NCBI RefSeq assembly: GCF_009914755.1 | Contig: NC_060933.1 | Direction: 5' to 3' (one strand) | DNA from: the human T2T-CHM13v2.0 reference genome, Homo sapiens | DNA length: 64,000 bases | Part shown: positions 1-16,175 of the stretch, piece after piece | Position numbering within the stretch: the stretch's first letter is position 1 | How the letters are laid out: each line of letters opens with the position of its first letter | Notes under the pieces: model-generated | Databases searched by the model: none | What the model saw: only the letters and a program-made list of their open reading frames with translations | Told to the model about the DNA's origin: nothing | Translations under genes and position numbers: made by a program

Positions 1-52
1 ACATCAAAGTATCATCAAAGATTCTTGTTTCATTTGATAAAATTAATATTTG

Positions 53-58
53 AATAAA
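53..58 (+). terminator. AATAAA poly(A) signal, probably the 3' end of the convergent neighbouring gene (likely CDC37L1)
   Basis: AATAAA at 53-58 followed by U/GU-rich sequence at about 86-127. The gene identity comes from recalled synteny only; no coding sequence is in the window. Confidence 0.5.
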
Positions 59-321
59 AAAATTTTTAAATCAAATAGCTGTCCATTTATTCTCTGTTAA
101 CTCAGTGTCATTTTTTCAGTGGTAGTGAAGATAATACTGCCTTAAAATTATTACTCTTAGGTAGATGGGTAACATTCTCTTCCAATTATACCATTAGTGA
201 GCTCTTTCAAATTTTGCCTAATGAGCTCACAATCTCTTATAACTTCTCTTTAGGAAAATCAGGTCCTCCTCTTCTTTCAGACTGGCATATCATATTATTA
301 CCCTTTTAAAAATGAATGAAC

Positions 322-583
322 AGCCGGGCGCAGTAGCTTACGCCTGTAATCCCGGCACTTTGGGAGGCCGAGGCGGGTGGATCCTGAGGTCAGGAGATCG
401 AGACCATCCTGGCCAACATGGTGAAACCCTGTCTCTACCCAAAATACAAAAATTAGCTGGGCATGGTGGCGCGTGGCTGTAGTCCCAGTTACTCAGGAGG
501 CTGAGGCAGGAGAATCGCTTGAACCCCGGGAGGCAGAGGTTGCAGTGAGCCAAGATGGCGCCACTGCACTCCAGCCTGGCAAC
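322..583 (+). mobile_element. Alu (S-like, 3' truncated)
   Basis: Alu consensus match. Confidence 0.9.
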
Positions 584-1251
584 ATCTAAAAATGAAAATG
601 AACATGCTGCCCAAAGAACATGAATCTGTTTTAGTAAGTGGATTTTCTAACAGGATGAAAAAAGTTGACTGTAGGTTTAGGCAAGGTGATCCTGAAGTTA
701 ACCTTTGGGTATTTTCAGAGGAGAACGAAATGTCAGTTTACTTTTCTAAGTCAATCATGTATTTCAGTTCTTAAATTGGTGTGGGACAGAACCGAGGTAC
801 TTGTCTGGGTTGAGGTTGGGCTTTCCATTTCATGGGCTTTCCATTTCAATTTTGCCATTATAGCAAACATACTTTTAACAAAACCCTTAAATCCATCCAT
901 CTCTCATCTGTAATGGACATGTATATACAATTGCATAGTTCTGAGAAGTTGATTTATCTGAAAATTATTTGCTCACTATGTGAGCCAAGGGGGTCGGGAG
1001 GGGGACACAGGGTGAATATAAGTTCATTATGGATTGTTCACCATCTAATATGAAGTGAAACCATTCTCATAAGCTTTGAAGAATTAGACTTGTTTGATCT
1101 CTAAATATAGAAAATGATTATTAAAATTCCCACATCTTTCACACAGTTAACAGCATGATTCTTCATGTTATTTACACATCAGACATTTAACTTGGAATGC
1201 TTTAGAAAAAGATGACACAGTGCTGGACTGATTTACACTTAGGCATGACAG

Positions 1252-1257
1252 TTTATT
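1252..1257 (-). terminator. AK3: AK3 distal poly(A) signal (long 3'UTR, about 3.4 kb)
   Basis: tttatt on + is AATAAA on -. Downstream on - is GU/U-rich (CTGTGTCATCTTTTTCT). Confidence 0.6.
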
Positions 1258-1845
1258 CAGTGCTATATATGGAAAAATCAGTGTTTATATTATTTAGTGA
1301 GCTAAAAACAAATAAAAAGCAGGAGGGGGATAAGGGCTCTACAAAGCATACTGGCTTTTACCAGAAGCTTTAAGCACAGCTACACTATTTTAACTGTTTA
1401 AAAATTTTTTAACCATAACTTCCAAGATGAAAATCTTTAACTGCAAAGATAGAAAAGCTATTTCTACAGTTTATCAGGGCCTGAGGATTTATTTTTATTT
1501 TTATTTTTATTTTTTGGTCAATGAGAAGACACAACATATTCTAAAATACAAATTCTTGCTGTTGGTTGCAACTATAGCAATTTAACATAATTTGAGATCT
1601 ATAATTACAATGATTTGTTGTTAGTATAGGGCAGTTTTGTCACAAGTTATGAGGATCCAAAATATCTTGCTAGAATGCCATTATATATAGCTGGGGGAAA
1701 AGTAGCCATAGGGTGGGGTTTAGAGATTTGAGCCAGTATTTAAACTATTTGAAATGGAACTGACAGAAATTTCTGGATGGTGCTAACAACTGCTAGTTTG
1801 CATTTCCCACAGTACACGCTGCTTACAAAAGGTATAGCAAAATAA

Positions 1846-2194
<349 letters not shown>

Positions 2195-2310
2195 TCTCAT
2201 TGGCTTTTAACAAAAGTATAGTAGTTTCTCCTAGCCATGGCATTCAGCTCCATACATGTATTTCCATGTGGTACATAAATCTTAATGATGGTCATTACAG
2301 AATTATTTTT

Positions 2311-2601
2311 TTGGGTGGGGGCAGTGGCTTACACCTGTAATCTCAGCACTTGGGAAGCTGAATCAGGAAGACTGTTTGAGGCCAGGAGACTAGCCTGGGC
2401 AACATATCGAGACGCCGTCTCTACAAAAAAATAAAATTAGCCAGGCATGGTGGTACATACCTGTAGTTTCAGCTACTTGGGAGGCTGAGGTAGAAGAATT
2501 GCGTGAGCCCAGGAGTTCAACGTTACAGTGACCCAATTATGCCACTGCACTCTAGTCTGGGCAACAGAGTGAGGCCCTGTCTAAAAAAAAATAAAGAAAA
2601 A
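2311..2601 (+). mobile_element. AluJ-like element in AK3 long 3'UTR
   Basis: Diverged dimeric Alu. Confidence 0.88.
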
Positions 2602-2848
2602 AGTTGTATTACAGTCATATTCATTCCTAAAGTAATGAATGTATGTGCAAAACTTTGGGCTAAGTGTTTGCGGGTGGGGAGGGAATGGTCACAGGAAATA
2701 AGAGTCTTAATTCTCATAGCCATGTTCTTCCACTGCTCACTTTGATTTCCAAATCCCCTAAGGGTATTATGAAGGCCGGTATGGCTACCATAGCAGGAGA
2801 TGAAGTATTGCATAAACTGAAACCAGCCTATGGACTGTTTTAAGATCA

Positions 2849-2854
2849 TTTATT
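2849..2854 (-). terminator. AK3: AK3 proximal poly(A) signal (about 1.8 kb 3'UTR)
   Basis: AATAAA on - at 2854-2849. Further AATAAA copies on - at 2968-2973, 3595-3600 and 3742-3747. Confidence 0.6.
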
Positions 2855-4651
2855 AGAACAGTCATTCAGAAGCCATTGAGACATCAGGCAGCAGAAAGGA
2901 AGGTGGGATGGAGCAGGCCCTGTGAAGGACCAAGAACAAAGTAATAGCCACAGTTATGAAATTTCATTTTATTCTGATAAAGACTAATATATGCTTGATA
3001 ACCTAGTGATAATCCATAAGTTTGGTATTTCACAACATTTTTTAGAAAGCACATAAGATTAACATTCAAATAAGGCATTATAGAAAGTTTTATAAAGAAT
3101 GAAGTGTTTCCTATATTTCTTTTAAAAAACCTTGGTTCATCTTGAAAGATCGATGAATTTTTTAAATATCAGAAGAAAAGGGAAATAAAATTTTCCCCCC
3201 AAAACACATAAGAACCACTTACTGGCACTTGTATTTTAAGTACCTGGGAAAAAAACGGAACAGATTTTTAAAGGCAATAACGACTTGTAAGACGGCTTGT
3301 TTCATTTGATTTGGCACGAAGTAAAGTAAGAGTAAATATGCCATGGAAGACATAATCAAGTTTTTCCTCCATCTCTCATATTTCCCCACTTCTACCAGAC
3401 CACACAGTACATCAGCAACCATCCTTTAGATTCCAATTTTTAAATGGCTGCTCAGACGACACCAATAGAGTTCTTTCTCCTTAAAATATGGTGGCAGTGA
3501 ATGCTAACAGGTATCAATTTCTTTGATCAGGAACAAAGAACTCCTTCAGGAAACTCACTTTCCTGGTCCTTGTTAACCTATCATGTAAATTCTTTTTATT
3601 GGTACACCTGTTTACTAATTATAATTGATTGCTATTTATGCCAAGGGAGCATTTCCCAGGCATGCCTCATCTATTTACTAACAACAAAGTATGCTTACTT
3701 TATTTACATAGTGCCACGGGTTTCTCTTTTTTCTTCTCTTTTTTATTGGCGGGGGAGATGGTACTATAACTTGTTATTTATCAGGGCAGATCACACATTT
3801 GGATCAAAAAGAAAAACCAGCAAGTAGATCCTAAAACACATTTCTTAACCTGAGTCATAACTGAAAACATAGACTTTAATTACATTTTGTTGAAAATTCA
3901 TTCAACTTTGGTGCTTGTAAAAGCACTTATGTCAATTTTTGACACAAATCATAACCCTCAGTACACAGGTATTTTCAAAGGAAACAAGTCATCTTAAAGT
4001 AATATTTTTCTATATGCTAATTGATACATCTTTATAGCAAATTGAAAATTCTGAGTAAACTGAAAGTATGCTTAACGACAAAATAAATACAGCATATATG
4101 GTTAACATATACATTTCTTAGTGTAAAGGCAGCAGTGAATTTGTGTCTCACAATAAATCTGTAAATCCAGTTGCTTTCTTTCTGGAATTTTATATAGTGT
4201 CTCACCATGTTCCACAATGCTGGAAATGTCTTTTTTGGCATCAATCTATGCACAAATTTCTGATTACGTATTTTCTCCAAATGACATGTAACTTTTTTTA
4301 ACTTTTCCAGAAAAATATGGAAACTTTATCAACCACTTATTAACTGAACAAAAAGTTAGATTACTACCAAATGCTCTTTTAATTTTGCTCTAACAGATGT
4401 TTTAAAGGTTCAGACATCGCTGATGTTTTTGAGGATAACTGCATACAACACACTAGATGATTTCAAACGATGCATCTTAGTATCCGAATCATTTGGCACA
4501 TCCTTAGTATCCAAAATAAAATCAGTAGAAATAAAAGTAATATAATTTTCAAAGAATTCATACATACTAGAAGTCTTAGGAAAAGCAGCTTCTAAATGCA
4601 AGGACTAGGAGGTTTGCCCATCTTACTATTAATAGTTACACACATTTCTCC

Positions 4652-5008
<357 letters not shown>

Positions 5009-5570
5009 TTATTTTATTTATTGAACATGCACTGTGTGTCAAAGGCTGTGCTACATGCTTTACATATTATAGTTTGTTTAATCCTTTCCAAAGCTCAAAT
5101 TTTCTTATTTTACTAATAAAATCATCCCTTTGTAATGTAACTTAGCCCAAATCACCAAGTTGGTAGTACATTTCCAAACAGGACCTATAAGATACCAGAA
5201 CACCCATCAGCCTTTTTTTTCTACTTACTCTTTTGCAAAAGCTACTTTCTAATACTTGAGTATCTTTCCTTTTTGCCCAGGCCAACATTTATGTTCTCCT
5301 CTATTCCACTCTTCTGAATATTAACAGAAAGGGGAATAAAAAGTGTTGGTTTTATTGGGTTTCCTATTGACTGTCTTCATTTCTTCCCAGGCAGATTTGT
5401 CTAGCTTGTCACTAGACCAGCAGCCAAAGTCTATTTTATTTACTCCAGTTTCCTGTGGATAACATGGTGAAGAGTGAGATCAGAATCCTGGGGGTGCTTT
5501 TCAAGCCACACAGATTCCCTCCAAAGATTCTGGCCTTCCTCTTGCTAATACCCGTCCTCTAGCCCATGCG

Positions 5571-7320
5571 TACACCTACACATATACACCTCCACATATA
5601 CACACCTCCACATACACACCTCCACATATACACGCCTCCACATATACACGCCTCCACATATACACGCCTACACATATACACCTACACATATACACGCCTA
5701 CGCATATACACGCCTACACATACACGCCTACACATATACGCCTACACGTATACACCTACACGTATACACCTCCACATATACACACCTCCACATATACACA
5801 CCTCCACATATACACACCTCCACATATACACCTACACATATACACCTACACATATACACACCTACACATATACACACCTACACATATACACCTACACATA
5901 TACACACCTCCACATATACACCTACACATACACACCTACACATATACACCTACACATATGCACACCTACACATATACACCTCCACATACACACACCTCCA
6001 CATATACACACCTACACATACGCCTACACATATATGCCTACACATATACGCCTACACATATACGCCTACACATATACACCTCCACATATACACACCTCCA
6101 CATATACACACCTCCACATATACACACCTCCACATATATGCCTACACATATACGCCTACACATATACGCCTACACATATACACACCTCCACATATACACA
6201 CCTCCACATATACACACCTCCACATATACACACCTACACATATACGCCTACACATATACACACCTCCACATATACACACCTCCACATATACGCCTACACA
6301 TATACGCCTACACATATACACACCTCCACATATACACACCTCCACATATACGCCTACACATATACGCCTACACATATACGCCTACACATATACACACCTC
6401 CACATATACACACCTCCACATATACACACCTACACATATACGCCTACACATATACACACCTCCACATATCCGCCTACACATACACACACCTCCACATATA
6501 CACACCTCCACATATACACACCTACACATATATGCCTACACATATATGCCTACACATATATGCCTACACATATATGCCTACACATATACACACCTCCACA
6601 TATACACACCTCCACATATACACACCTCCACATATATGCCTACACATATACACACCTCCACATATACACACCTCCACATAATACACCTACACATATACAC
6701 ACCTACACATACACACCTCCACATACACACCTCCACATATACACACCTACACATATACACACCTACACATATACGCCTACACATATACACACCTCCACAT
6801 ATACACACCTCCACATACACACACCTCCACATATACGCCTACACATATACACACCTCCACATATACACACCTCCACATATACGCCTACACATATACACCT
6901 ACACATATACACACCTCCACATACACACACCTCCACACATACGCCTACACATATACGCCTACACATATATGCCTACACATATACGCCTACACATATACAC
7001 CTCCACATATACACACCTCCACATATACACGCCTACACATATACACACCTCCACATTTACACACCTACACATATACGCCTACACATATACACCTACACAT
7101 ATACAGCTACACATATACATCTACACATATACACCTACACATATACACACCTACACATATACACACCTACACATATACACACCTACACATATACACACCT
7201 CCACATATACACACCTACACATATACACACCTCCACATACACACACCTCCACACATACGCCTCCACATACACACACCTCCACATATACACCTCCACACAT
7301 TCGCCTCCACACATACACAC
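5571..7320. repeat. Minisatellite/VNTR of 14-16 bp units (CACCTCCACATATACA, CGCCTACACATATA, CACCTACACATATA) in AK3 intron 4
   Basis: About 1.75 kb of interspersed variant units. The 60-bp blocks 6241-6300 and 6301-6360 are identical. Confidence 0.97.
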
Positions 7321-7956
7321 TGGTGTAAAGACTGCATAAGGACAACCTAAGAACTCTGGTTTATGACTTTGTGAAAAGAGGATTCCTTATACCTGTGTGG
7401 CCCTTCTTCCGAGGTTTTCAGGGCTTTCACTAAGGACAAAAGCATTCTTCCCTTGATACCTCATAAAATTTGCCACAGTTAACTTAAATAACACCCACTG
7501 TTTTCTCGGTAAGAAACATCTGCTAAGGAAGGAAATTATGCAAATACAGCATTCTTGGGATATTAGAAACCCTCCTGCTTCTAAATTCACTGGCACCTGG
7601 TACTGCTTTCAAGGGAACAAGCTTCTTAACTGTTGTAAGCCTCTTGAAGAGCCGATTTAAAAATCAAGCCAGTGTCACAAGTGGGTTAATTACTGAGGGC
7701 ACAATTGCAGGCACCTATTCGATCCTAAATCGTGGGTGAACATTTGTCATTTTAATTTCTGTGTAATAAAATGGAACCAGCTTCAACAATTGGTCCTCCA
7801 AAGAGTAAGGGCATCATGTTGTTTGTAAACATAGACCAGTTACTCTATAATGTCCCACAGCTAAAAGGTTTTTTTTAAAACAACCAACAATACAACTGTC
7901 AGCATTTCTAAATAACAATGCTGACTATTACTAACATTCTTGCAAATAAACTTTCA

Positions 7957-8344
<388 letters not shown>

Positions 8345-8472
8345 AGCTTGAATTAACAGCAAAAGGCAGCAAAAGCCAGAAGGAGCCTAGAAAGACTTCT
8401 AAAATATCTCCTAAGACAGGGGCCCGTGTCTTTCACTTCATCTTCGCAGCTTTCCTTAACTTCCCTTACTAC

Positions 8473-8777
8473 TTTTTTTTTTTTTTTTTTTAAGACAGGG
8501 TCTCACTCTGACACCCGCGCTCTAGACTGCAGTGGAGCAATCATAGATCACTGCAGTCTTGACCCACTGGGTCCAAGCAATCTTCTTACCTCAGACTCCC
8601 CAGTAGCTGGGACTATAGGCATGTGCCACCATGCCTGGCTAATATTTTTTTTTATGTTTTGTAGAGACAGAGTTTCACCATGTTGCCCAGGCTGATCTTG
8701 AATTCCTGCCTTTTCGATCCTCCTGCCTTAGCCTCCCAAAGTGCTGGGATTACAGGCATGAGCCACTGTCCCAGGCC
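8473..8777 (-). mobile_element. Alu (J-like)
   Basis: Antisense Alu. Confidence 0.9.
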
Positions 8778-8864
8778 CCTTCCCATATTTTGATATTTTG
8801 ACAGAACGAATCCCAACAACCCCTGGTACTTCACTGCTTTGGGGGATTATCATTCATAGCCTTG

Positions 8865-9290
8865 CAGTGGTGGTGTTATCTGCCCAGCAACAATGCATTC
8901 TCCCTTCCTCTGGTTACCTTTGGGAAATAACCTCTCCACCAAACTCAGTCGACGAGGTTCAGGAGAGACTGTCCCCACTCCCCATCTTCAAGGATGGACA
9001 TGATCAGAGCTAATCGGTGCCGACCCCAAGACTTTTGCTGGCAAAAGAGGCTCTTTGCTGCTGGGGTTTCTGGCTGGTAGGAGGTAAACTGGAAAGCTGA
9101 GGGGCTGCTACACAGGGAGGGCACACCTGAGACTGAAGCCAGCACAGGACAATGGAGCGGAGTGACTGACGCCTGATGATAGGTGTTTTTGAACACCTGG
9201 ACCCATCCATCTATCTTTGACTTTTCAGTTACATTACCAATAAATTCCCCTTTTGCTTAACCTGGTGTGAATTAGGTTCTTAGTTAATAT
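8865..9290 (+). mobile_element. Old ERVL-type LTR (LTR16/LTR33-like)
   Basis: Typical ending tttcagttac...aataaattcccc...gcttaa. A similar remnant lies at about 11020-11410. Confidence 0.45.
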
Positions 9291-9729
9291 AAGCACATAT
9301 CATATTGTATGATAAATACTGTTTACCCAGCTCCCCACCTCACCCACAAACATAGCTTCTTGGAGCCTGACAGGGACTGGATCTAATTGTCCATGTGGAC
9401 CAAGGGCCTAGCACAGTGTCAAGAGAGTGAACAATAATTGCTGACAATGAATGATTTAATAGACACCAGGGCTGTTGTAGGACTTTCCAGGATCTCTCAC
9501 TTAATTCTTTTAACAACCCTATAAAGCAGATGCTATTTAATATTGCCTGATTTTACAAATAAGGGATTTGTGGCATGGAGGTTAAATAGCTTGCCTAGGG
9601 CAAAAGAGACGGTAATTTTCAGAACCAGCCTCATTAAACAAATGACAAAATTATAGTAACAGCTACTACAAAAAATGGTTTGCCAACCTTGTAATTTTAT
9701 GCTCCAGAAAAAATTAAGATGGTTTGAAA

Positions 9730-10030
9730 GGCCAGGCATGGTGGCTCGTACCTGTAATCCCAATGTTTTGGGAGGCCGAGGCAGGAGGGTTGCCTGAAGC
9801 CAGGAGTTTGAGTAGCCCGTGCAACATGGCAAGAGCCCCAGCTCTAAAAAAAATTTTTTTAATTGGCCAGGTCTGGTGGCACGGGCCTATAGTCCTGGCT
9901 ACTTGGGAGGCTGAGACAGGAGAATTGCTTGAGCCCAGGAATTCAAGGCTGTAGTGAACTATGAAAGAACCACTGCACTCCAACCTGGGTGACAGAGTGA
10001 GACCCTGTCTCTAAAATAAATAAATAAATA
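9730..10030 (+). mobile_element. Alu (J-like)
   Basis: Alu consensus. Confidence 0.9.
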
Positions 10031-10642
10031 ACAGTTTGGAAACTATTGCTTCAGATTTCTACTGCATACATACGCTATTACAACAACAATAACAATAGCT
10101 AACATTTCTATAGTGCTTTCTATGCGTCAGGCCCAGTTCTAAGAGTTACCCATATTAATCTTTCAAACCTTTATTCTCTTCCCCAATTTACAGAGGAAAA
10201 AACAGGCAGAGGTTAAGCAGAAGGTGAAGGTGAAGATGGTGAGCTGGGACTTGAACTTAGGTATTCTGGCTCCAGAGTCTGTGTTCTGCCCAAGATACTG
10301 TTCTGCCCTGATCAGGATCAGTATTCAATAAGTACATAAATGAAAGGGGAGGCAGTCAATCCTCTGTAAGAAGCAGGAAGGCTCAGTAAGAAAACTGGAG
10401 TATTTCTTAGCCTAAGTCAAATACTCATTCAGTACGGTTCCTATACGTGTTGCAGACAAAACAAGAGCAGACAAAACAATGTTAAAATGTAAGCTTTTAA
10501 AGACTGCTAGCCAATTACATAGTCTGAGGGATTAGCTGCCATCTGAGATTCTTCCACACCATAGCATCCTGTATTGGCAAATGTGGTGGGCAATATTAAG
10601 TTTGCCTCCCCAGCATTCATTCCAGCCCTGCCTCCCCTACCG

Positions 10643-10964
10643 ACAATCCCCAGCTTACAATTATTCAATGCAGGATTTTTCAGCTTTATGATGGTGCGAA
10701 AGCAACATGCATTCAATAGAAATTGTACCTCGAGCACCTGTACAACCATCCTGCTTTTCAATTTCAGTACAATATTCAGTAAATTATGTGAGATATTCAA
10801 CACTTTATTACAAAACAGGCTTTGTGTTAGATGATTTCGCCCAACTGTAGGCTAATCTAAGTGTTCTGAGCATGTTTAAGGCAGGCTAAGTTATGGTGCT
10901 TGGTATTTTCAAATTACAATGGATTTATTAGGATGTAATTTCATTGTAAATTGCGGAACATCTG
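10643..10964 (-). mobile_element. MER47/Tigger5-like MITE
   Basis: The minus strand begins CAGATGTTCCGCAATTTACAATGAAATTACATCC, resembling the Tigger5 terminus. Confidence 0.6.
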
Positions 10965-11498
10965 CACATAGCAGAGTATGGATGAGACTGTCGCACTGCC
11001 AACTCTAGAAGTGGACTAGTCAGTGTAATCAGTGGAATCCTTCCCACCCCAATGACTGGTTCTGCAGTAGGCAGTAACCCAAGCCTGTAACAGTTAGTGC
11101 CAGGCATTCCCTGACTGTAGTTCAAGTTGGCTCCATCCGAGTGGTGCTCTGGGCTTCTATTCACTGGAGGAAAGGTTACCCCTCAGCCCTTCATAGAAGA
11201 GGAAGCCCTGGCTGTTCCTACAAATGTCTGCTACCATGCAGGAAGCCTAAGGACAAAGCCAATACACACACAGGAAGGCAAAACCAAGAGAACGGCTACA
11301 CTGATCAAACCCAGGTGTGACTGAAGCCCAACCTACCTTCTGGACTTCTGTTACACAAGCTAATGTATTTCCTTTATTACTTAAGCCCATGTGAACTGGG
11401 TCTTTTGGCATTTTAGCATTTCAGCTGTAGAGGAAGGAAAATCAAAACTAGACTTAGTGCACCACTACGCAAGAGAAGTTCTGAAAAGCAAAAACTCA

Positions 11499-11618
<120 letters not shown>

Positions 11619-12188
11619 CTAAACAGGATTAGAAGAGACTAGTATCAGATATCATATTTCTGAAAGATATTTTCATAAGCAGTTCAATTATTTTTAAACA
11701 GACATCTCTGTGCAAGTGCCAAGCACAAAAATGTGCTAACTTTTAAAAAAATGGAATCCAACCTCAAAAGAGATCATCGCAACAGAAACAGGGTACGCCA
11801 GTTTCATTTCTACAGTTATCAGTCACTTTAGCCTTAGAGTAAAAGGTTTTCTAAGCAGCCTCTAAGTAAGTTCATATATATTCAAAAAGATTCAGCTATA
11901 AACTTGGAATTTCAACTGCAAGTCCTAAATAAACCAAGGTGTTATGAATCTCTATCAGCGCAACTCCTAACACACTCCTTGGCAGAGCAGGAAATCAACA
12001 AATGTTTTTGAATGAGTAACAAACCCCTGCTGCTCCTGGGGCAACCTTTCGCACCAAGCTCAGTGGACTTGATCAGTCAACTCTACCAAGTAACCTGAGA
12101 ATATACCCTCAGGAGTTTTGGTCAGAGGATTTCCAAGTTCACTCAACTTATGTCTGTTAGGGCAAGAGGACTCAGGGACAGTCTGCTA

Positions 12189-12518
<330 letters not shown>

Positions 12519-12552
12519 TCACCAGGCAGGCCGATCACAGCTGCGGTGCAAC

Positions 12553-12850
12553 TGTGATGGTTACCTGTCAACTTGACTGGGGCATGAGTGCCCAGATATT
12601 TGGCAAATATTATGCTGGGTATATCTGTCAGGCTGCTTTTGTTATGAAATTATCATGTAAATAGGCAGACTGATAAAGTACATTGCCCTTCTTAATATGG
12701 GTGGGCCTTATCTAATCAATTTTAAGGCCTGAGTAGAACAAAAGGCTGACCCTCACCCAAATAACAAAGAATTCCTCCTGCCTGCTACCTCTAACTGGGA
12801 CACAGGACTTTTCCCGCCTTTAAACTCAAACTGAACTCATGATCTTCACC
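12553..12850 (+). mobile_element. MLT2 LTR fragment
   Basis: TGTGATGGTTA...gtcaacttgactggg...gtgcccagatatttgg, homologous to the LTR at 61079. Confidence 0.7.
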
Positions 12851-12863
12851 CAAATCCAGGGAC

Positions 12864-13160
12864 TGGCCGGGCGCAGTGGCTCACACCTGTAATCCCAGCA
12901 TTTTGGGAGGCTGAGGAGGGCGGATCACCTGAGCTCAGGAGTTCAAGACCAGCCTAGCCAACATGGTGAAATCCCATCTCTACAAAAATACAAAAATTAG
13001 CCTGGCATGATGGCAGGTCCCTGTAATCCCAGCTAGTTGGGAGGCGAGGTGGGAGAATCGCTTGAACCCGGGAGGGGAGGTTGTAGTGAACCAAAATTCT
13101 ACACCAGTGCACTCCAGCCTGGGTGACAGAGCAAGACTCCTCAAAAACAAACAAACAAAC
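12864..13160 (+). mobile_element. Alu
   Basis: Alu consensus. Confidence 0.9.
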
Positions 13161-13482
13161 ACTCCAGAGGCTATTTCTGAAATATGACAAAATGAAACTA
13201 AAGTCCAGCTAAAGGAAAACTATTAATGCAAAAGGATAAAACCCTAACAGACAAAGAGATGTGTTATATAGCTAAACAATGTGGTTCAAAAACAGAGAGA
13301 CAGGCAAATGTACCTAATGAGTGAATTCAGAAATACACCCAAGTATATTAGGGAATTTAAAATAATACTTTGATCACAAACTTCTGACTTTGCAATGTTG
13401 TTACTAAGGACATTTTGTCCAGAATACCAGAAAAAAATTAAAATTAGTAGAAATAATATATTTTCAAAAATGACAAAAGTTA

Positions 13483-13782
13483 GGCCACACATGGTGGCTC
13501 ACACCTGTAATCTCAGCACTTTGAGAGGCTGAGGCGGGAGGACTGCTTGAGCCCAGGAGTTTGAGACCAGCCTGGGCAACATAGCAAGACCCCTTCTCTA
13601 TAAATAACAACGACAACAAAATTAGCAGGGCGTGGTGGTGCATGCCTATGGTCCCAGCTACTCAGGAGGCTGAGGCAGGAGGATTGCCTGAGCTCAGGAG
13701 GTCAAGGCTGCAATAAGCCATGATGACTCCATTGCACTGCAGCCTGGTGACAGAGCAAGACACTGTCTCCAAAAAAAAAAAA
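13483..13782 (+). mobile_element. Alu (J-like)
   Basis: Alu consensus; TSD-like aaa(a/g)tgacaaa(a/g)gtta. Confidence 0.9.
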
Positions 13783-14201
13783 GTGACAAAGGTTAAAACC
13801 GCACATGCATAATTTGTTAGAGCAAAAATATCATCTGAAAAATTACATTTTCTTGTTAACAATGAAATGTGGAAAAATTTGCCAGTGATCTAGACCTTAC
13901 AATGTGCTAAAATGACAATGATAACGACTAAAACTATACCCAGGAAACCTGGATTCGGGAGAAATAATGGCCCTTTCCTGGGCAGCATCACCAGCCTACC
14001 TTGGTTTACCTTGTTCCTGCTGCCAAAGATAACCTGTCTCTCCACCCATGTAATCCTACTCATTCCTCAAGACCTCCCACAAATGGGAATGTTTTTCAGC
14101 CCCTTACACCTCATAAAGAAGCAAGACTTTTCATTAAACTTTTTAAAACAAAATTTTGAATTCTGAACCATGCAACATATTTTGTTTTAAAAAGGAGAAG
14201 A

Positions 14202-15045
<844 letters not shown>

Positions 15046-15459
15046 TGAATGGGGTTGAGTAGGAGAGAAGACTAGATTAGCTATCCTCTTCCAAAAAAGG
15101 ATATTATGACTCAGATCTTCTTGAAGAAAAGGCTTATCCCAAGTTTATCCCAGTTTTAGTGAGAGCTGAGGACTCAACTGAAACAAATCTCTTTTGTGTC
15201 CTCTCTATATTAACAAAACTAAAAATCAACCTACCCTCAAGGATTCGGCCATACTCCTGGCTAGGGAAAGTTTACAGCTTATTGTAAATTACTCTTGGGT
15301 CTTGCTTCTTCTGTGGTGATCCTCCCATATCACAAAATATTCTCAAAGAAAGGGGAAAGGAACTAAAGTTACATCTGAAGGGAGCTTAGAAATCATGCAC
15401 TTCACTTCCCTCTTTCCATTTGGATATAGAACTGGTCCCAGAGAAGATGACTGGTTTCA

Positions 15460-15807
<348 letters not shown>

Positions 15808-15856
15808 TCATCTGAAAATGTGCATCATCAACTTTTCTGATAAAAACAAAGGTTAT

Positions 15857-16175
<319 letters not shown>

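Noticed and set aside
5566-7339. Long His/Thr/Tyr/Pro-rich ORFs (371, 456, 259 aa) and Val/Cys-rich antisense ORFs
   Set aside because: Translations of the VNTR, whose units lack stop codons on +. No splice or promoter context and no protein family resemblance.
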